Shown here: in pieces, positions 26,728 to 41,198 of the stretch | How positions within the stretch are numbered: position 1 is the stretch's first letter | Layout of the letters: every line of letters starts with the position of its first letter | Source: Eledone cirrhosa | Lineage: Eukaryota | Direction: 5' to 3' | Length of the DNA: 64,000 nt | Assembly: GCA_964016885.1 (NCBI GenBank) | Contig: OZ024745.1 | Coordinates: forward strand, 85,560,001 to 85,624,000 | Notes under the pieces: generated by a model | What the model saw: the letters and a program-made list of their open reading frames with translations, nothing else | Told to the model about the DNA's origin: nothing | Databases searched by the model: none | Position numbers and translations under genes: made by a program

Positions 26728-27643
26728 GCGTATCTACCTATTTGTGTGGTCACATATATATGTGTATATGTGGGAATTGTGTATGTACATGTGCGTCTAT
26801 AGCCATACAATTCTATTGCACTTATGTATAGTGATTATCCCAAGACTCCTGACAAATAGACATATAATAACAGCCATAAATACATAACAGGTAATCTTAT
26901 AAAACTTATATGAAAAACATTTTGTTTAATAACAAAAAGTGTGTATAACATAAAATTTCCTTTAATATCTTAACAATTGTAACATTGATATAACTATATA
27001 ACGTAATTTTCCTTCTCTGATTTTATCAGGCTCCTATATCTTAAATTAAAGAATCCTTTATATTTTGTATGTATATATTATATACGTAGTTAGATATGTA
27101 TATATATTTCTATAAGTGTATTTATATATTTATATGTATGTATTTTTGCGGGTGTATACATGTTATATAATATATAGATCTTTAACAATATAATAATATA
27201 TAGATTTCTTAATATATAGATCCTAAATTTTTATATATTGATTATCAATATTTAACTGATTAACTAAACATCTAATCATATTTAAACAATGGTTAAATTT
27301 CTCATATTATATATGTATATTCCATTCATGATTATTAACATTTCTAATTTTATTTATTCATTTCATCTCAATTGTTACGATAACTCAACAAGATATGACT
27401 TAGAGATTTTCGTTCTCTCTCCTTTCTCTGTGCCCTCTCTCTCTCTCTCTATCTTTCTCTCTCTTTCTTTCTCTATCTTTATCTTTCTACGTAACCCAAC
27501 GGCTTATTTTAAAAATATCCAATACTAACTTACCTAATAATATAATTAAAGCTACAACTCCACTATCCGGGAGCTTCCAACAGTAATGGTTGCATTCTTT
27601 AAGGGTATGTCAATATTTATTTATAAAACTGATCTATATTATA

Positions 27644-27704
27644 TTTTATCTGATGAAAGCACACCATAATTTAACTTGATGTCCGTGAAATATGTATCAT
27701 CAAA
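27644..27704 (+). ncRNA. Minimal hammerhead ribozyme
   Basis: ttttat-CTGATGA..GAAA-tatgta-TC-atcaaa, with weak stem II. Confidence 0.6.
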
Positions 27705-27890
27705 TAAATATGGTTTTATAAATATAGTTTCCATTTGTTAATATCGTATTTTTACTTCAAATATTTGTTAAGTGCTTTATATCAGTTATAAAAATATTTG
27801 CTTGTTGTATCCCAACAATTTAAATAGAACCTTTACATATATATATATATATTATATATATATGTATATATATGTATATATATCTATTAT

Positions 27891-28077
27891 TGGTGGATTG
27901 GCAGTATCGGTAGAGGGTCGGACACCATGCTTTGACGCATAGAGTTATGGCCCTTGCCATTCTGAGTTCAAATCCCGCCGAGGTTAACTTTGCCTTTCAT
28001 CTTTACGGGGTCGATAAAATAAAGTACCAGTAATACACTGGTTAATTGCTGGCCTTGTGCCAAAAGTAGAAACAATT
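27891..28077 (+). mobile_element. tRNA-derived SINE (octopus OK/OR-like)
   Basis: B-box gagttcaaatccc, then gaggttaactttgcctttcatc..ggggtcgataaaataaagtaccag body. Confidence 0.7.
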
Positions 28078-28400
28078 ATATATATATATTATAAATATTA
28101 TATATATATATATATTTTATATTATATATATATATTATATATTATATGTATATATATATATATAATATATATTTATTATATATATATTATATATATATAT
28201 ATTATTTATATATATTATATATATATATATATTATATATATATATATTATATATATATATATCATATTTATATAATATATAATATATATATATATATATT
28301 ATATATATATATATGATATATATATATATTATATATATATATTTATATATATATTATATGTATATATATTATATATATATATATTATATATAGATATGTA

Positions 28401-28439
<39 letters not shown>

Positions 28440-28441
<2 letters not shown>

Positions 28442-28640
28442 ATTAACAATATTAAATAAATGGAAAACTATATTTATAAAACCATATTTATTTCATTATA
28501 TATATTTCGGGGATATCATATTAACAATATGCTATGCCTTCATCAGACAAAATACAATATAAACAGTTTTATAGATAAATATATTCGACATACCGTAATA
28601 AACATCAACTTCATTTGAAGAGGTTTACTCTAGCAGTTAT
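28440..28640 (-). mobile_element. Solo pLTR fragment (PLE3 family) with HHR at 28491-28552
   Basis: Similar to 7135-7290. CTGATGA..GAAA-tatata-TA on the minus strand. Confidence 0.75.
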
Positions 28641-28659
28641 ATATATATAAATATAACTT

Positions 28660-28698
<39 letters not shown>

Positions 28699-28705
28699 CT
28701 CTCTC

Positions 28706-28736
<31 letters not shown>

Positions 28737-28874
28737 ATATATATATAAATTTATATATATATATATATAAATAAATATATATATATATATATAATAATTA
28801 TATATATATATAATATATATATATATAAATATATATCTATATATATATATATTTATATATATATATATATATAA

Positions 28875-28924
<50 letters not shown>

Positions 28925-29149
28925 AATATATATATATCATATATAAATATATATATATTATATATATATATATTATATATAAATATATATATATTATATA
29001 TATATATATTATATATATATATTATATATATATATATATTAAATATATATATATATTATATATATATATATTATATATATATATATATATATTATATTAT
29101 ATATATATATATTAGATATATATATTATATATATATATATTATATATAT

Positions 29150-30786
29150 AGTAATAATAATAATAGTGATATTAATAAATGTGAAGACTAAGATCCAAAT
29201 AGGCTCGATAAGGATAAATATATATTAAATATATAAGAACCGTAGAGCAAATATTTATTTAAATAACAGATTAAAGTTTAAGCAAAGACCCGCTGCTTTC
29301 ACCCTTAACGGGATCTTAGAAACTAACAAAATCAATCTGTAAACGCAGAAGTGGATATTTCAAAAAACGTTGCAACCGGAGGAAGACAGGAAGACGATAC
29401 TTTGGTTCGTGGAAACGTTCCCTGGCAAAGAACGGAAAAAACGAATATAATGCGTCATTAATAGAAGCGGTGAGACAGGACCACGTTTATGGTATAAAAC
29501 AAGTCGTAGACTAATGTTCTCTTAGGTGGTTCATAGAGACGTTCTCTGGCAATGAACGGAAAAAACGAAGATAGTACGTCATATGTGTAGCGTGGAGAAC
29601 AATTGCACGCAAAGACAAAACCACGTAAATTGTATAGCTGAATTCGTAGACTAAAATTCTAACTATGAAACCGAATGATTCTCTGCTTCAGAGTTAAGAA
29701 TAAAGTAAATAAAATACAATAGAGAGGTTATTGAAATGAAATAAATACATACACGCGTCCAAATACGTACATACACAAGCATACGCGAAAACACTCGCCA
29801 TAGGTATGCAAAACCACGCACTTATAAATATGTGTGTTTGTGTGCGTGTATACAAATAAATAAATAATTAAATAAACATATATAAATATATAAATACGTA
29901 TATAACAGGCGCACACACATACCTACATGTAAATACACAAATGTTCGGAGACGTACGTCAACCAAAACATGAAGTACACATATAAACACACCCAACATAC
30001 GTACCAACCCGCATACTCACACAGACGCAAAACTCCCGTATACACATAACCAAAAGCATATGTACCAGAATATATAAACATATACGCCATCACATATACA
30101 ATCAAATATACGTACCTACACAAAACAAACAAGTAATATATACTTACCTATGCAAATAAGTAATGGTATAAACATAACATATACTTAGCTACCACATCAA
30201 GACGTAAAATATCCACGTATAGATCGTACTATCCGTTAGGGTATAATGTGGGGCTGTAATACAGGAAAGTTTTGTGCAATTTATGTTTACAAGCCGAAAT
30301 TGCCTCAGATTTTTTGTTTAAGATGTGGTCTGTGGTGTAGGGTATTTCCAGGGCCTCAGCGGCGCAGAGGTCACATGGTCTTTTATTTCCGTTATACGAT
30401 CTAGCCCTAGCTAGGATCTCCCAGTGTAACTCATATTGGGTGTGGTTGTCTTTTAGACTCCAGATATAAGCTGAAAGTGACGTCATATTCCTTCTTAGAG
30501 GGTAACGAAAAGAATGGGTATGCATGTAAAGACGCTGCTTGAATCTATTGGCGGTTAACACTATGTAGGCCCTATGGGACGTGGGTGTTTCAACCTTACA
30601 TTTGTAGACAATGTTACTAGAGAGGCATTTCCCGGATAGGGGGCAATCAACCCGATTCCTACAATTACAGTTAGTACTAACTACAGGGTTGCACGTGTTC
30701 CTACGGCTAGATCGTTTAGCTAAATTTGAAGCTGTGATGTTATGTGCAAGGTTAGGAGTCGTAGAGTAAGAAATTGAAACATTCAC
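29150..30786 (-). mobile_element. PLE 3' fragment: GIY-YIG EN (30229-30786) plus 3' UTR and pLTR
   Basis: ISYSTTPN, CNCRNRVDCPLSGKC, IVYKC, CDLC..E, LNKKSE. Degenerate HHR at 29275-29324. Confidence 0.85.
29275..29324 (-). ncRNA. Hammerhead-like motif (1-nt core deletion)
   Basis: agttt-CT(G)AAGA-tcccgttaagggt-GAAA-gca..tgc-TT-aaact. Related pieces at 20070-20125 and 53085-53200. Confidence 0.5.
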
Positions 30787-30799
30787 GTCCCGTAGGACC

Positions 30800-31379
30800 T
30801 TTTCATGTTTTCTATTTAATTTATTGCCTCTGTGATTTGTCTAAACACTGCGTCATTTTTTATTCATTTTTTCTTCTTGAAGAACGCAATGTTTAGACAA
30901 ATCACAGAGGCAATAAACATAAATGAAGTCCAACCGAAATTAAATAGAAAACATGAATGGATCATCAACATCACAACTTACATTTAAAGGACAAAATGAA
31001 AACACACACGCACAACCAAACAGTAACATGTAATTAAACAAATAACTGAACGAATATAAATACACACAGACACCCGGATGTAACACATGCGCAAAGTAAG
31101 GACACAACACACACACACAAAAAAGATGGCGTAGGACAGAACAAAGGAGAGGCACAAAAACAAAGAAAAGAATCCCCAGTCACTGAAGAGGTCACAGAAT
31201 GTGTGACTTAAGAACTTTGACAATATATAAACAATCATCTGGTTGTGTAACCAACCAACCAACCAACCAACCGGAAATTTATAAACTCCTAAATTTATGA
31301 ATTTATTATAATAAATTGAAGTGAAAGCAACTGGTGCGTGTGTTTCTTATTGGCAACATGACCCTCCCATACTATAACA

Positions 31380-31380
<1 letters not shown>
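30800..31380 (+). mobile_element. Non-coding pLTR-like repeat, same family as 45150-45785, with internal inversion
   Basis: Reverse complement of 45150-45640. Degenerate HHR (CTGAAGA) near 31180. Confidence 0.7.
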
Positions 31381-31454
<74 letters not shown>

Positions 31455-31554
31455 TCAGGTTATCAATAATGTAGTAATAATATATCGTTACGTTAGAGAT
31501 GAACAGCGTACGTGCAGGTTTTCTCAACGAGTATAAATTATATTCCGGAGAAAA

Positions 31555-33498
31555 TGTAGAAAGGATGAATATAAAATGGAAGTGCTTTTTTTAAAAAGGA
31601 ATTTATTAGGTATTGACATATGTTTCTGTAACAGACGGAATACATATGTATCGCTGCTTGCGTAATCATATAATGTTAGCAAGTATTCGATAGCAAATGT
31701 ATAATCAGTTGTCACTTCTTCAGAGATTTTGGATAAATTGGATAAAATCAGAAAAATTGAAGTATTTATATTAGTAATAGAGGAAGAAAAAGAGGGCATA
31801 GTATATGACAGATGGTAAATCGATTTACTGCTAAACAAGTATATAATGGGTTTCTAATGAGAATACCATGAGTAAATGGTTCATTTTATCTAAATAAGAA
31901 TTTTTGGGAGTGCCAATTTTAATCTCTACTTGACCAATTGGACAGTGGACAGGGCTGGTCATTTGGTGTAGTAGTATTAATTATAAAGTGTCAATTGGGG
32001 AAGGGGGAGATTTCGATTGCTACTGAATAACATCAATGCTAGTAGCCAGCTGGTATATGCATTAGGGAATTGAATCAAGAAATCAGAAATCTCATTTTAT
32101 CTATAGCAGTTTATATTAAAAGCTAAATAATAGAAGAGTTGATAGAATTAAGACTAATAAAGAATGTTAATATCTATTTTGACAATCAAACGGAGATAGA
32201 GACAGGCGTTCAATCCTGGTAGTATTTATAATATGAAAATGTAGATTTTAAGCGATGGTTACAGTATAACGATCGCTCTATTCTGTTATTTAATAAAATG
32301 TTTTTGGATTTCATAATACAAAATAATTCTACATTACATAATTTACAAAATTCCTGTCCATGGTATTATGGGTGGGCAGCTGCTATTATATCCCACTTTA
32401 GGTGAAATTGTTGGTTATTTTCACGCAGCTGCCAAGCATTGTCTGCGAGTTCTAAATACGAGTTCTAACCATCCACTCTCTATAATTAAATCCATCCCTA
32501 GAAATGTTTCTCTTAGAATCTCCCGCCTGTCGTCCAACCAACAAACCTTCAAAGAACATGCCGAATATTATGATGATGCACTTAGGAAAGCCGGTCACCT
32601 TGATAATATAGAGTATATAGTCGAAGATTACCAAAACACCCAAAATAAATCCCATAGGAGTAGAAATAGCACAGAATCACCACCATACATACACTACCGC
32701 AATAGACACAATAATAGTCGCACACCACCAAACAGAAGGCGATGTAAGGAGTATATTTGGTACAACCCGGTCTATAACAACTCTATTAAAACCAATCTAC
32801 CCTCAAAATTCTTTCGATTAGTTAAAAATCACTTTCCAACATCACATAAATATAATAAAATCTTAAAACCTAACACTATTCGACTTTCATATTCAACCGC
32901 CCCTAATATTGAACAACATATAAAAAAGCTTAACGCAAAACGGTTGTATAAACGCCTTCCAACACATAACAATACACGTAAAACATTAGCTATAACATCA
33001 CAAAACAACAAACAACATCCTGTCCTACATAAGCAACCTCATCAACCCATCCATGACAATACAACAACGCAAAATTATAATTGCTACACCAAATGACCAG
33101 CCCTGTCCACTGTCCAATTGGTCAAGTAGAGATTAAAATTGGCACTCCCAAACATTCTTATTTAGATAAAATGAACCATTTACTCATGGTATTCTCATTA
33201 GAAACCCATTATATACTTGTTTAGCGGTAAATCGATTTACCATCTGTCATATACTATCCCCTCTTTTTCTTCCTCTATTACTAATATAAATACTTCAATT
33301 TTTCTGATTTTATCCAATTTATCCAAAAACTCTGAAGAAGTGACAACTGATTATACATTTACTATCGAATACTTGCTAACATTATATGATAACGCAAGCA
33401 GTGATACATAGGTATTCCGTCTGTTACAGAAAAATATGTCAATACCTAATAAATTCCTTTTTAAAAAAAGCACTTCCATTTTATATTCATCCTTTCTA
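31555..33498 (+). mobile_element. Fold-back structure containing a PLE RT-thumb/linker fragment (32450-33110)
   Basis: 31555-31965 is the reverse complement of 33090-33498. SSNHP..ISRLSSN, WYNPVY and RLSYSTAPN motifs. Confidence 0.8.
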
Positions 33499-33851
33499 TA
33501 TATATATATATGTATATATAATATATATATATATATATAATATATATAGAAATATATATTATAATATATATAATATATGTATATATATATAATATAGATA
33601 TTTATAATATATATATAATATATATATATATATAATATATATATATAATACATATATATATATATAATATATATATAATATAGTATATATATAATATATA
33701 TATATATAATATTATATATATATATAATATGATATATATAATATATATATATATATAATATACATATAATACATATATATATATAATATAATATATATAT
33801 AATATATATATATATAATATAATATATATATATAATATATATATATATATA

Positions 33852-33914
<63 letters not shown>

Positions 33915-33941
33915 TATATGTATACATAATATATATATATA

Positions 33942-33978
<37 letters not shown>

Positions 33979-34082
33979 ATATATATATATATAATATATA
34001 TATATATATAATATAAATATATATATATAATATATATATATATTTATATTATATATATATAATATATATATATAATATAAAT

Positions 34083-34422
34083 AAATGAAGTAATTCCATC
34101 GGAAAAGTCCAGGAAAAAAGAGTGCTCTATGTAAGCAACAGAGCTTAATTATTATTATTATGTAATAAACAACATAAGGCAATTATTCCATTTACCAGTG
34201 GTTTCTTAAAAGCAAAAGGTTTTGCTTTCAATCCTCAGAATGAAAAATCCTGGTTTGTTTATTGAATATGGATTCTAAAAACCTTTTTTAGAATCCATAT
34301 TCAAAAAACAAACCAGGATTTTTCATTCTGAGGATTGAAAGCAAAACCTTTTGCTTTTAAGAAACCACTGGTAAATGGAATAATTGCCTTATGTTGTTTA
34401 TTACATAATAATAATAATTATA
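34083..34422. mobile_element. Palindromic solo-pLTR remnant with back-to-back HHRs (34186-34245 minus, 34321-34380 plus)
   Basis: Arms of ~135 bp around 34283. tttcatt-CTGAGGA-ttgaaagcaaaaccttttgcttttaa-GAAA-ccactgg-TA-aatggaa. Confidence 0.8.
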
Positions 34423-34487
34423 ATATAAATATATATATATAATATAAATATATATATATATATATATAATATATATATATAATATAT

Positions 34488-34536
<49 letters not shown>

Positions 34537-34727
34537 TATATATATAATATATATATATAATATATATATATAATATATATATATATAATGTATATATATA
34601 TAATATATATATTTAATATATATATATATAATATATATATATATATAGTATATATATATATAATATATATATATATAATATATTTATAATATATATAATA
34701 TATATATATAATATCTTTATATATATA

Positions 34728-34768
<41 letters not shown>

Positions 34769-34808
34769 TATATATAATATATATATATATAATATATATA
34801 TATATATA

Positions 34809-34846
<38 letters not shown>

Positions 34847-34881
34847 TATATAATATATATATATATATAATATATATATAT

Positions 34882-35395
34882 AAGAACAAAAGATGGTTAA
34901 AATAGTTCCATGTATTTTATTATGCGCATTTCAAAAACAAATATCATCATGCAATAATATTTGTGTTTTCATCAGATAAAGCATGAAGACATGATATGAA
35001 GGTTAAAAAACACTTGTGGATAGTGCAGTTTTAAATCAACATATGAGAAGTAGTTTTAGATTGATGTGTGATATTGGGAAAAATATTTTATTTTGAGGGA
35101 GAGGGGTTGGAAAGGATGAAAAAGAGGAGGAGGTGAGAGTAAAAAGTGGAGAGGGAGGAGTATAATGAGGAAGGATGAGATAGGAGGAGAGATGGGTGAT
35201 AGAGAGAGAGAGAGAGATAGCCTTTATAACTGAGAAAAATATATTGTTTTACATAGAGAGGTTGAAAACCGTTGGAAGATAATGTATAAATTAAAAGAAT
35301 TTGAAAATTAACGAAGAGAAAAATAATGTAAAGTTAAGGTTTGTATATTGAGGGGTTTAATAATATGTGCGATGAAAAGAAAATGTTAATATGTA
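34882..35395 (-). mobile_element. Solo 3' pLTR of the PLE4 family, with HHR at 34915-34980
   Basis: Near-identical to 10939-11445, with (TA)n on both sides. Confidence 0.85.
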
Positions 35396-35444
35396 TATAT
35401 ATACAATATATATATAATATATATATATAATATATATATAATGT

Positions 35445-35476
<32 letters not shown>

Positions 35477-35965
35477 ATATATATATATATAATATATATA
35501 TATATAATATATATATATAATATATATATATAATATCTTTCTCTATATATATAACATATATAATATATATATATAATATATATATATAATATCTTTCTCT
35601 ATATATATAACATATATAATATATATATATAATATATATATAATATATATATATATAAAATATATATATATATATATATAATATATATATATATATATAA
35701 TATATATATATATATATAATATATATATATATATAATATATATATACATATATAATATATATATATATATAATATATATATATGTATAATATATATATAT
35801 ATATAATTTATATATATATATAATATATATATATATAATATATATATATAATATTAATGTATATATATATATATATAATATATATATAATGTATATATAT
35901 ATATATATAATATATATATATATATATTATATATATATATAATATATATATATAATATATATATG

Positions 35966-36021
<56 letters not shown>

Positions 36022-36236
36022 TATATAATATATATATAATGAGATCAGAGCAAACAGCACGGACACTCTATCTCAAAATTATTTTTGAAAAGCATTTAGA
36101 AATGCGCAACCGGTAAAAACTTAAAAACTTAAAACCACAACTGAATACTAACCCATACAATCACTAATACTCTTTTATTCCTAATTAAACCATTTTTCAA
36201 CTGTGAACAATTTGTCAGCATTTTCTATTCCGTTTA

Positions 36237-36327
<91 letters not shown>

Positions 36328-36543
36328 TATGTATATAGTATTAGTTATACTATTTATGGTTATGTAAATACAAAACCTTATGCAGTTATAAGTATTTTTT
36401 ATATACACTCTAAATAGTGGTAGGCAGTAATGTATTACTACCTTATTACCAGTAAGTTAAGTAGCTCAATGTAAAAACATCAGATGATTTACAGAGCAGT
36501 TATATGAAATATAAGAATCAAAGAACTGTTCAAAACATTATTG

Positions 36544-36590
36544 TGCTTACAGCTGTTTCCTCCAAACCGAGGTTTGGATTCTTCGGAGCA
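36544..36590 (-). ncRNA. Minimal hammerhead ribozyme (U4C core)
   Basis: Same motif as 1943-1989. Confidence 0.75.
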
Positions 36591-36955
36591 ATTTATTAAT
36601 GCATGGACAGTTATATGACCTCCTTTTCAGCCAAGAGACACACCGATACATATGCAAATATTGTGGGTCAACATTCATTACTGAATTTAGAGTGGCAGTA
36701 CACACTTCGAGATTACATTCATATTAAGAGGTACAATCAAAAATCAAAAATACAGGTTAAAAAACAACATGAAGATAAGCGGTTATATAGTGCAAATGTT
36801 ATATGTGTGGCACGCATGTGCGTCTTGTTTATATAGTGTGGCAGAGAAATATGTGTGGTAGAGGCACTTAGGTAGGTAAACAAGAGTGTTAGGTTGGTAG
36901 ATCTGGTGGCAAATTCTTTATATGATTGATATAGTCTGTGTGTGGAGAAATGTTA

Positions 36956-37906
36956 TCTATATATATAAAACTGTGGTCGTCTGTCTGTCTATCGATTTTT
37001 GGCACACATCTCCTCTTAGAATCTCTCACGGAATTGCACCGAAATTGCTATACTTGTACATTGAGCCCTAGCGAAGACATCGGAAAAAAAATATTTCAAA
37101 TTAACCCACCCTATGTGACGAAATCGAATATAATGTATCGATTTTTGAGCGTAAGTTATCAGTTATTTCCCTTTGTTCTGTTTACATTGAGCGTCTTACG
37201 TAAAAAATTACGCTGGCTTTCTCAGCGTTTAAAATGACATTAACACAATACACGAACAGTTGTCGTCGAGCCAGCAAAATATTGACCTGCAAAATTCATC
37301 AGTTCGAACACTAAGCTTCCGTTTTGCTTCATTTCCATTTAAAAGCATTTTAAAACAATATTTTTACTTGAAAACAAGTCTATTTAAAGACTACGTAAAA
37401 CAAGCAAATATTTCGTCGTTAGGCGTGCAGACAGACAGTCGTGCAGACAGACAGTCGTGCAGAGAGGTGATATAGGCGTGCAGACAGACAGTCGTGCAGA
37501 GAGGTGATATAGGCGTACAGACAGACAGTCGTGCAGAGAGGTGATATAGGCGTGCAGACAGACAGTCGTGCAGAGAGGTGATATAGGCGTGCAGACAGAC
37601 ATAACTGATAATTTGGTTACGCTAATGTTTTTCTCTGCGTTGCAGTGTTTACATTTTCGATCTTTGTTAATAAATAACCAGTGCAGTTTCTATCCCCAGC
37701 ATCCTCTTTTGTTATAACATTCTGGTTATCGTTATGTTTTCTTAACTTCATAAGGCATATTGTTGGTTGAGGGAATATTAATCAAAAACACCACATGCAA
37801 GTCTGCACAGTAGACACTACAGTTTTTAAGCCAAGAAAGAAACTTAACATTGTAACTTTAACACAGCTACTGAGCGACCCCGAGCAACGCCGGGCTTTAC
37901 TGCTAG
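36956..37906 (+). mobile_element. Non-autonomous Helitron (951 bp)
   Basis: 5' TC(tatatatataaaa), 3' hairpin cccgagcaacgccggg then CTAG. Inserted between A and T with no TSD. The empty site is visible in PLE1 at ~1552-1570. Confidence 0.88.
37421..37600. repeat. 37-bp minisatellite inside the Helitron
   Basis: aggcgtgcagacagacagtcgtgcagagaggtgatat, about 4.5 copies. Confidence 0.9.
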
Positions 37907-38991
37907 TAAGCATTAAAAATAGTGCAAGCTTTGAAAGTGTTAAAAGTATTGGAGAAGCACAGCGAAGGGATGTCAAGTATTTCATGTAATTCGACATTTT
38001 CATGGTCTGGGGAGTGTAATTTTCAATTATATGCCCCTCATATAATCCACGACAATTCGATATTGAGCGTTTGACAATCCAGTTAGAGAATCGTAGTCTG
38101 GTGTTCATTAGTTCAATACAGGAGGCTGTTACGTTTCGAGAAACGCCATTGAATACCACCCGGAAGTGTGTGTGTGGCTAAGGGGAGTTAATGCGTGCGG
38201 GGAGGTAACTCCGGGGTTTCCATACCTAGCTATTAAAATGTGTCAAAATGTAGACCCTAATTTCTATGGTGATGCGCATCCTCCAAAAAAACTTTTAAAG
38301 CATAAAGTGTATTAACTATAGAGTAGTTTAATTAAGTTATGCTGAAGGTGTTCATATTATTATGGTGGATTAACCCCCATCGTAAGGTGCCACAAATGGA
38401 TATTATAGATGATGAGCGAGGATTCTAAATTAATGATCTCTGTGGTTGTAGTCTACTCATAGGACCAGGCGCGGTGATTGCAGGATTGCTTCGGGACCCA
38501 ATGATCTCTGGTAAGTTCTGGGTCATCGCTTGCTACATTGGATGTCGAAAGATAATCATCTCCAGGCCGGCCAGAGGTCAATCCGCAGTCCTCACGACCC
38601 CTCACTGACCGCCAGATCATCCATATATGTACAACCCGCACGCCAGTTGCAATGCATTCACTCACTGCGCTCAGCATCCTGGTCCTACTGCTCAACAGCG
38701 TTACTAGATTAAATCGTTTTTCATCTGTCTCAGGAAGGTGCTTCCTCTGCACAACACTATCAAACCGATCAATTCATGCTTAAATTACCTATAGAGCGGT
38801 GTATTGCAGTTCAAGTGGATGGATGTTGTCACACCTGACGTAGAGGTATAAATGGGTATTCTCCCTGCGAAGGATTCCAGAGGGATGTCGTTGTTTGTGT
38901 TATATTAGATCAGTTAGTGTTGGGTATGTAGTATAAGGTGTGCCTCTGGTGTTTGATGCTAGATGCGGTGTTAGGTTCCAGTCCGATATTG

Positions 38992-40955
38992 CTATATATT
39001 AGGCTTAAAGTTTCGGAAGGAATGTCTGAAGCGGTGCTGGCAAGTTGCAAACACCTCAGATTTTTTGTTAAGTAGGTTACGGTTGGAGAAGATAATATTG
39101 TGTGTCTCTAGTATACAGAGGTTACACAATTTATTAGGTGGTTTGTACGAGGTCGCGCTGCCTATCACTTCCCATTTGAGTGTGTATGGTTTATTTTTAG
39201 TTTTTAGATAGTGTATGTAGCTAGAAAGTGAGGTGGAGTTTGCTAGGCTGTGCTTTTTGAACGAGTGGATGTGCGAATTATATCTGATTTTGAAGCAGTT
39301 AGAAGTGGAGCCTACATAGGTTTCTGAAGAGTTGCTAGTCGTGACGGTGCATGAGTATATGATATCCTTGGTTAGGCATTTTTTATCTAAAGGGCAGGTT
39401 CTATTAGCTCTACAGTTACAATTATCCTGTGCGTTAGTCCGCTGGTTATAATGCAGTACGGAAGTCTGTGTGGTAGCTATAGGATTTTGGGCGTTCGGGT
39501 TGTCAACCCTGGTGTTATTACTTATACTAGTGTTATTTCTATTGTTACTGCCGTTGCTATGGTTGCTTGCTACAGAGGTATTTAGAGGGTTTGCATCCTG
39601 TTGTGATTTTGTTTGTTGGAAGTAAGAATTAATTTTACTATTATTGCTGCTAGCTATGTGGTATGCTAAGTTAGGCGTCGTAGAGTATGAGATTTTAATG
39701 GTGTTTTTGTTTAAGAGGTTGTGGTACTTGTGTCCTAGAGGGAAGTTTTTATCTAGTAGTGAGAAGAAAGCCCTAGGTATGTTGGTGGAGACATTTAGGT
39801 TGAAAGGAGGGTTGAAAAAGGTATTATTTCTTCTTCTATTTTTGCTTTTAGTGTTTAATGTGTTGCTTCTTCCTAAGGCCCCACAGTAGTTTCCATGGTA
39901 ATGGTTACTTCCGGTGGCACCCTCCGCTTTGGTGTACTTGTGGTTGCTATTCCTATTATTGGGTTTCCTCATGGACATGTTGTGCGAGATGATGTTGTAG
40001 CTATGTGTTTTCTTAGGTAGGAACTCAATTTCTATATTATGGTCGGAGCTAGCTAATGCTTGATTGTAATATTGTGAGTTTTTGCTAAATATGTTTGCGT
40101 CATAGGACAGACTAGAGATTCTATTGGACACCCCTTTAGAGATAGAGTTTAATATTGATCTAGGGTGATTAGACTTGGTATCTACATAAATAAGTTTCTC
40201 GTTAGGCTTATGGAAAGGTGTATATATTTTTGAGTCTAGGTATAGTGTGGCGTCTAGGAAGTTAACATTTTTAGTGTTTTTGTCCATGGTGATACTAAGG
40301 TTAAAGTTTTTGAATGTCTTATGCAATTGTTTTCTAGTTCTTTCTATATTAATTTTTTTATATTCTATAAGTAGAAGTGCATCATCGCGGTACAAACCAC
40401 CGTTGAGGTAAGGGAGGTCCTTATGGATTTCATTGAGAAGGTATAGGCCGACCAAATCAGTGACATGCGCCGAGTCACTAGATCCCATGGTTATGTCGAA
40501 GTTGTTGTGCGTATCCTTGCGTGTCCATAGTTGGTCCTCGAAGGTGATTATGGTTTTACGGGCCGCAAGGATGACATCAACCTGGGCTCTAGTCAGGTCG
40601 CTATTGCTCATGGCCATGATAAGTGCCTTATTTAATAGGATAGGGGAAATAGAGGTGTAGTATGAATTGATATCAAATTGAATAAATTTTTTGTCTTTAT
40701 TATTCTTGATATCCTTGAACCATTCAATCACTTCACCCGTATTTCCCCATTGTTTAAGGTGTATCTTGTGTTTAATTTGTGGGATGATTTTATCCAAAAT
40801 CTTCTTGCTGATAATACCAATGTCGGACTTGGAAGGGCAGATAAGTCTTATCGTGGGGTTGCTGATGAAGTTCTCCTTATGGTCCTTCAGAGAGAATCTA
40901 GGGGGGTTTGGGGTGAATGGTTGTGTATGCCTCTGCAGTCCTAGTTTAGACACTA
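38992..40955 (-). CDS. PLE RT-GIY-YIG polyprotein, uninterrupted ~650 aa but N-terminally truncated
   Basis: LKDHK, QFDINSYY, MGSSDSAHV, LYRDDA, SNHP, CNCRANRTCPL, IIYSC..YVGST. The first ~10 aa in the ORF track derive from the inverted pLTR. Confidence 0.92.
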
Positions 40956-41198
40956 TATAAACAAGACGCACATGCGTGCCACACATATAACGTTTGCACT
41001 ATATAACCGCTTATCTTCATGTTGTTTTTTAACCTGTATTTTTGATTTTTGATTGTACCTCTTAATATGAATGTAATCTCGAAGTGTGTACTGCCACTCT
41101 AAATTCAGTAATGAATGTTGACCCACAATATTTGCATATGTATCGGTGTGTCTCTTGGCTGAAAAGGAGGTCATATAACTGTCCATGCATTAATAAAT

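Larger units (their letters stand above)
26300..27837 (+). mobile_element. Non-coding PLE derivative: two direct ~275-bp pLTRs (26378-26652, 27563-27837) plus a short inverted 5' piece
   Basis: Direct repeats related to the PLE3 pLTR. The spacer resembles the PLE3 3' UTR. Confidence 0.7.

Noticed and set aside
33088-33110. In-frame TGA near the Cys motif as selenocysteine (as in Naiad PLEs)
   Set aside because: Better explained by a frameshift or rearrangement junction. EN is C-terminal here and other copies have ordinary Cys codons.
37421-37600. 37-bp repeats as a CRISPR array
   Set aside because: Head-to-tail repeats without unique spacers, in a eukaryotic Helitron
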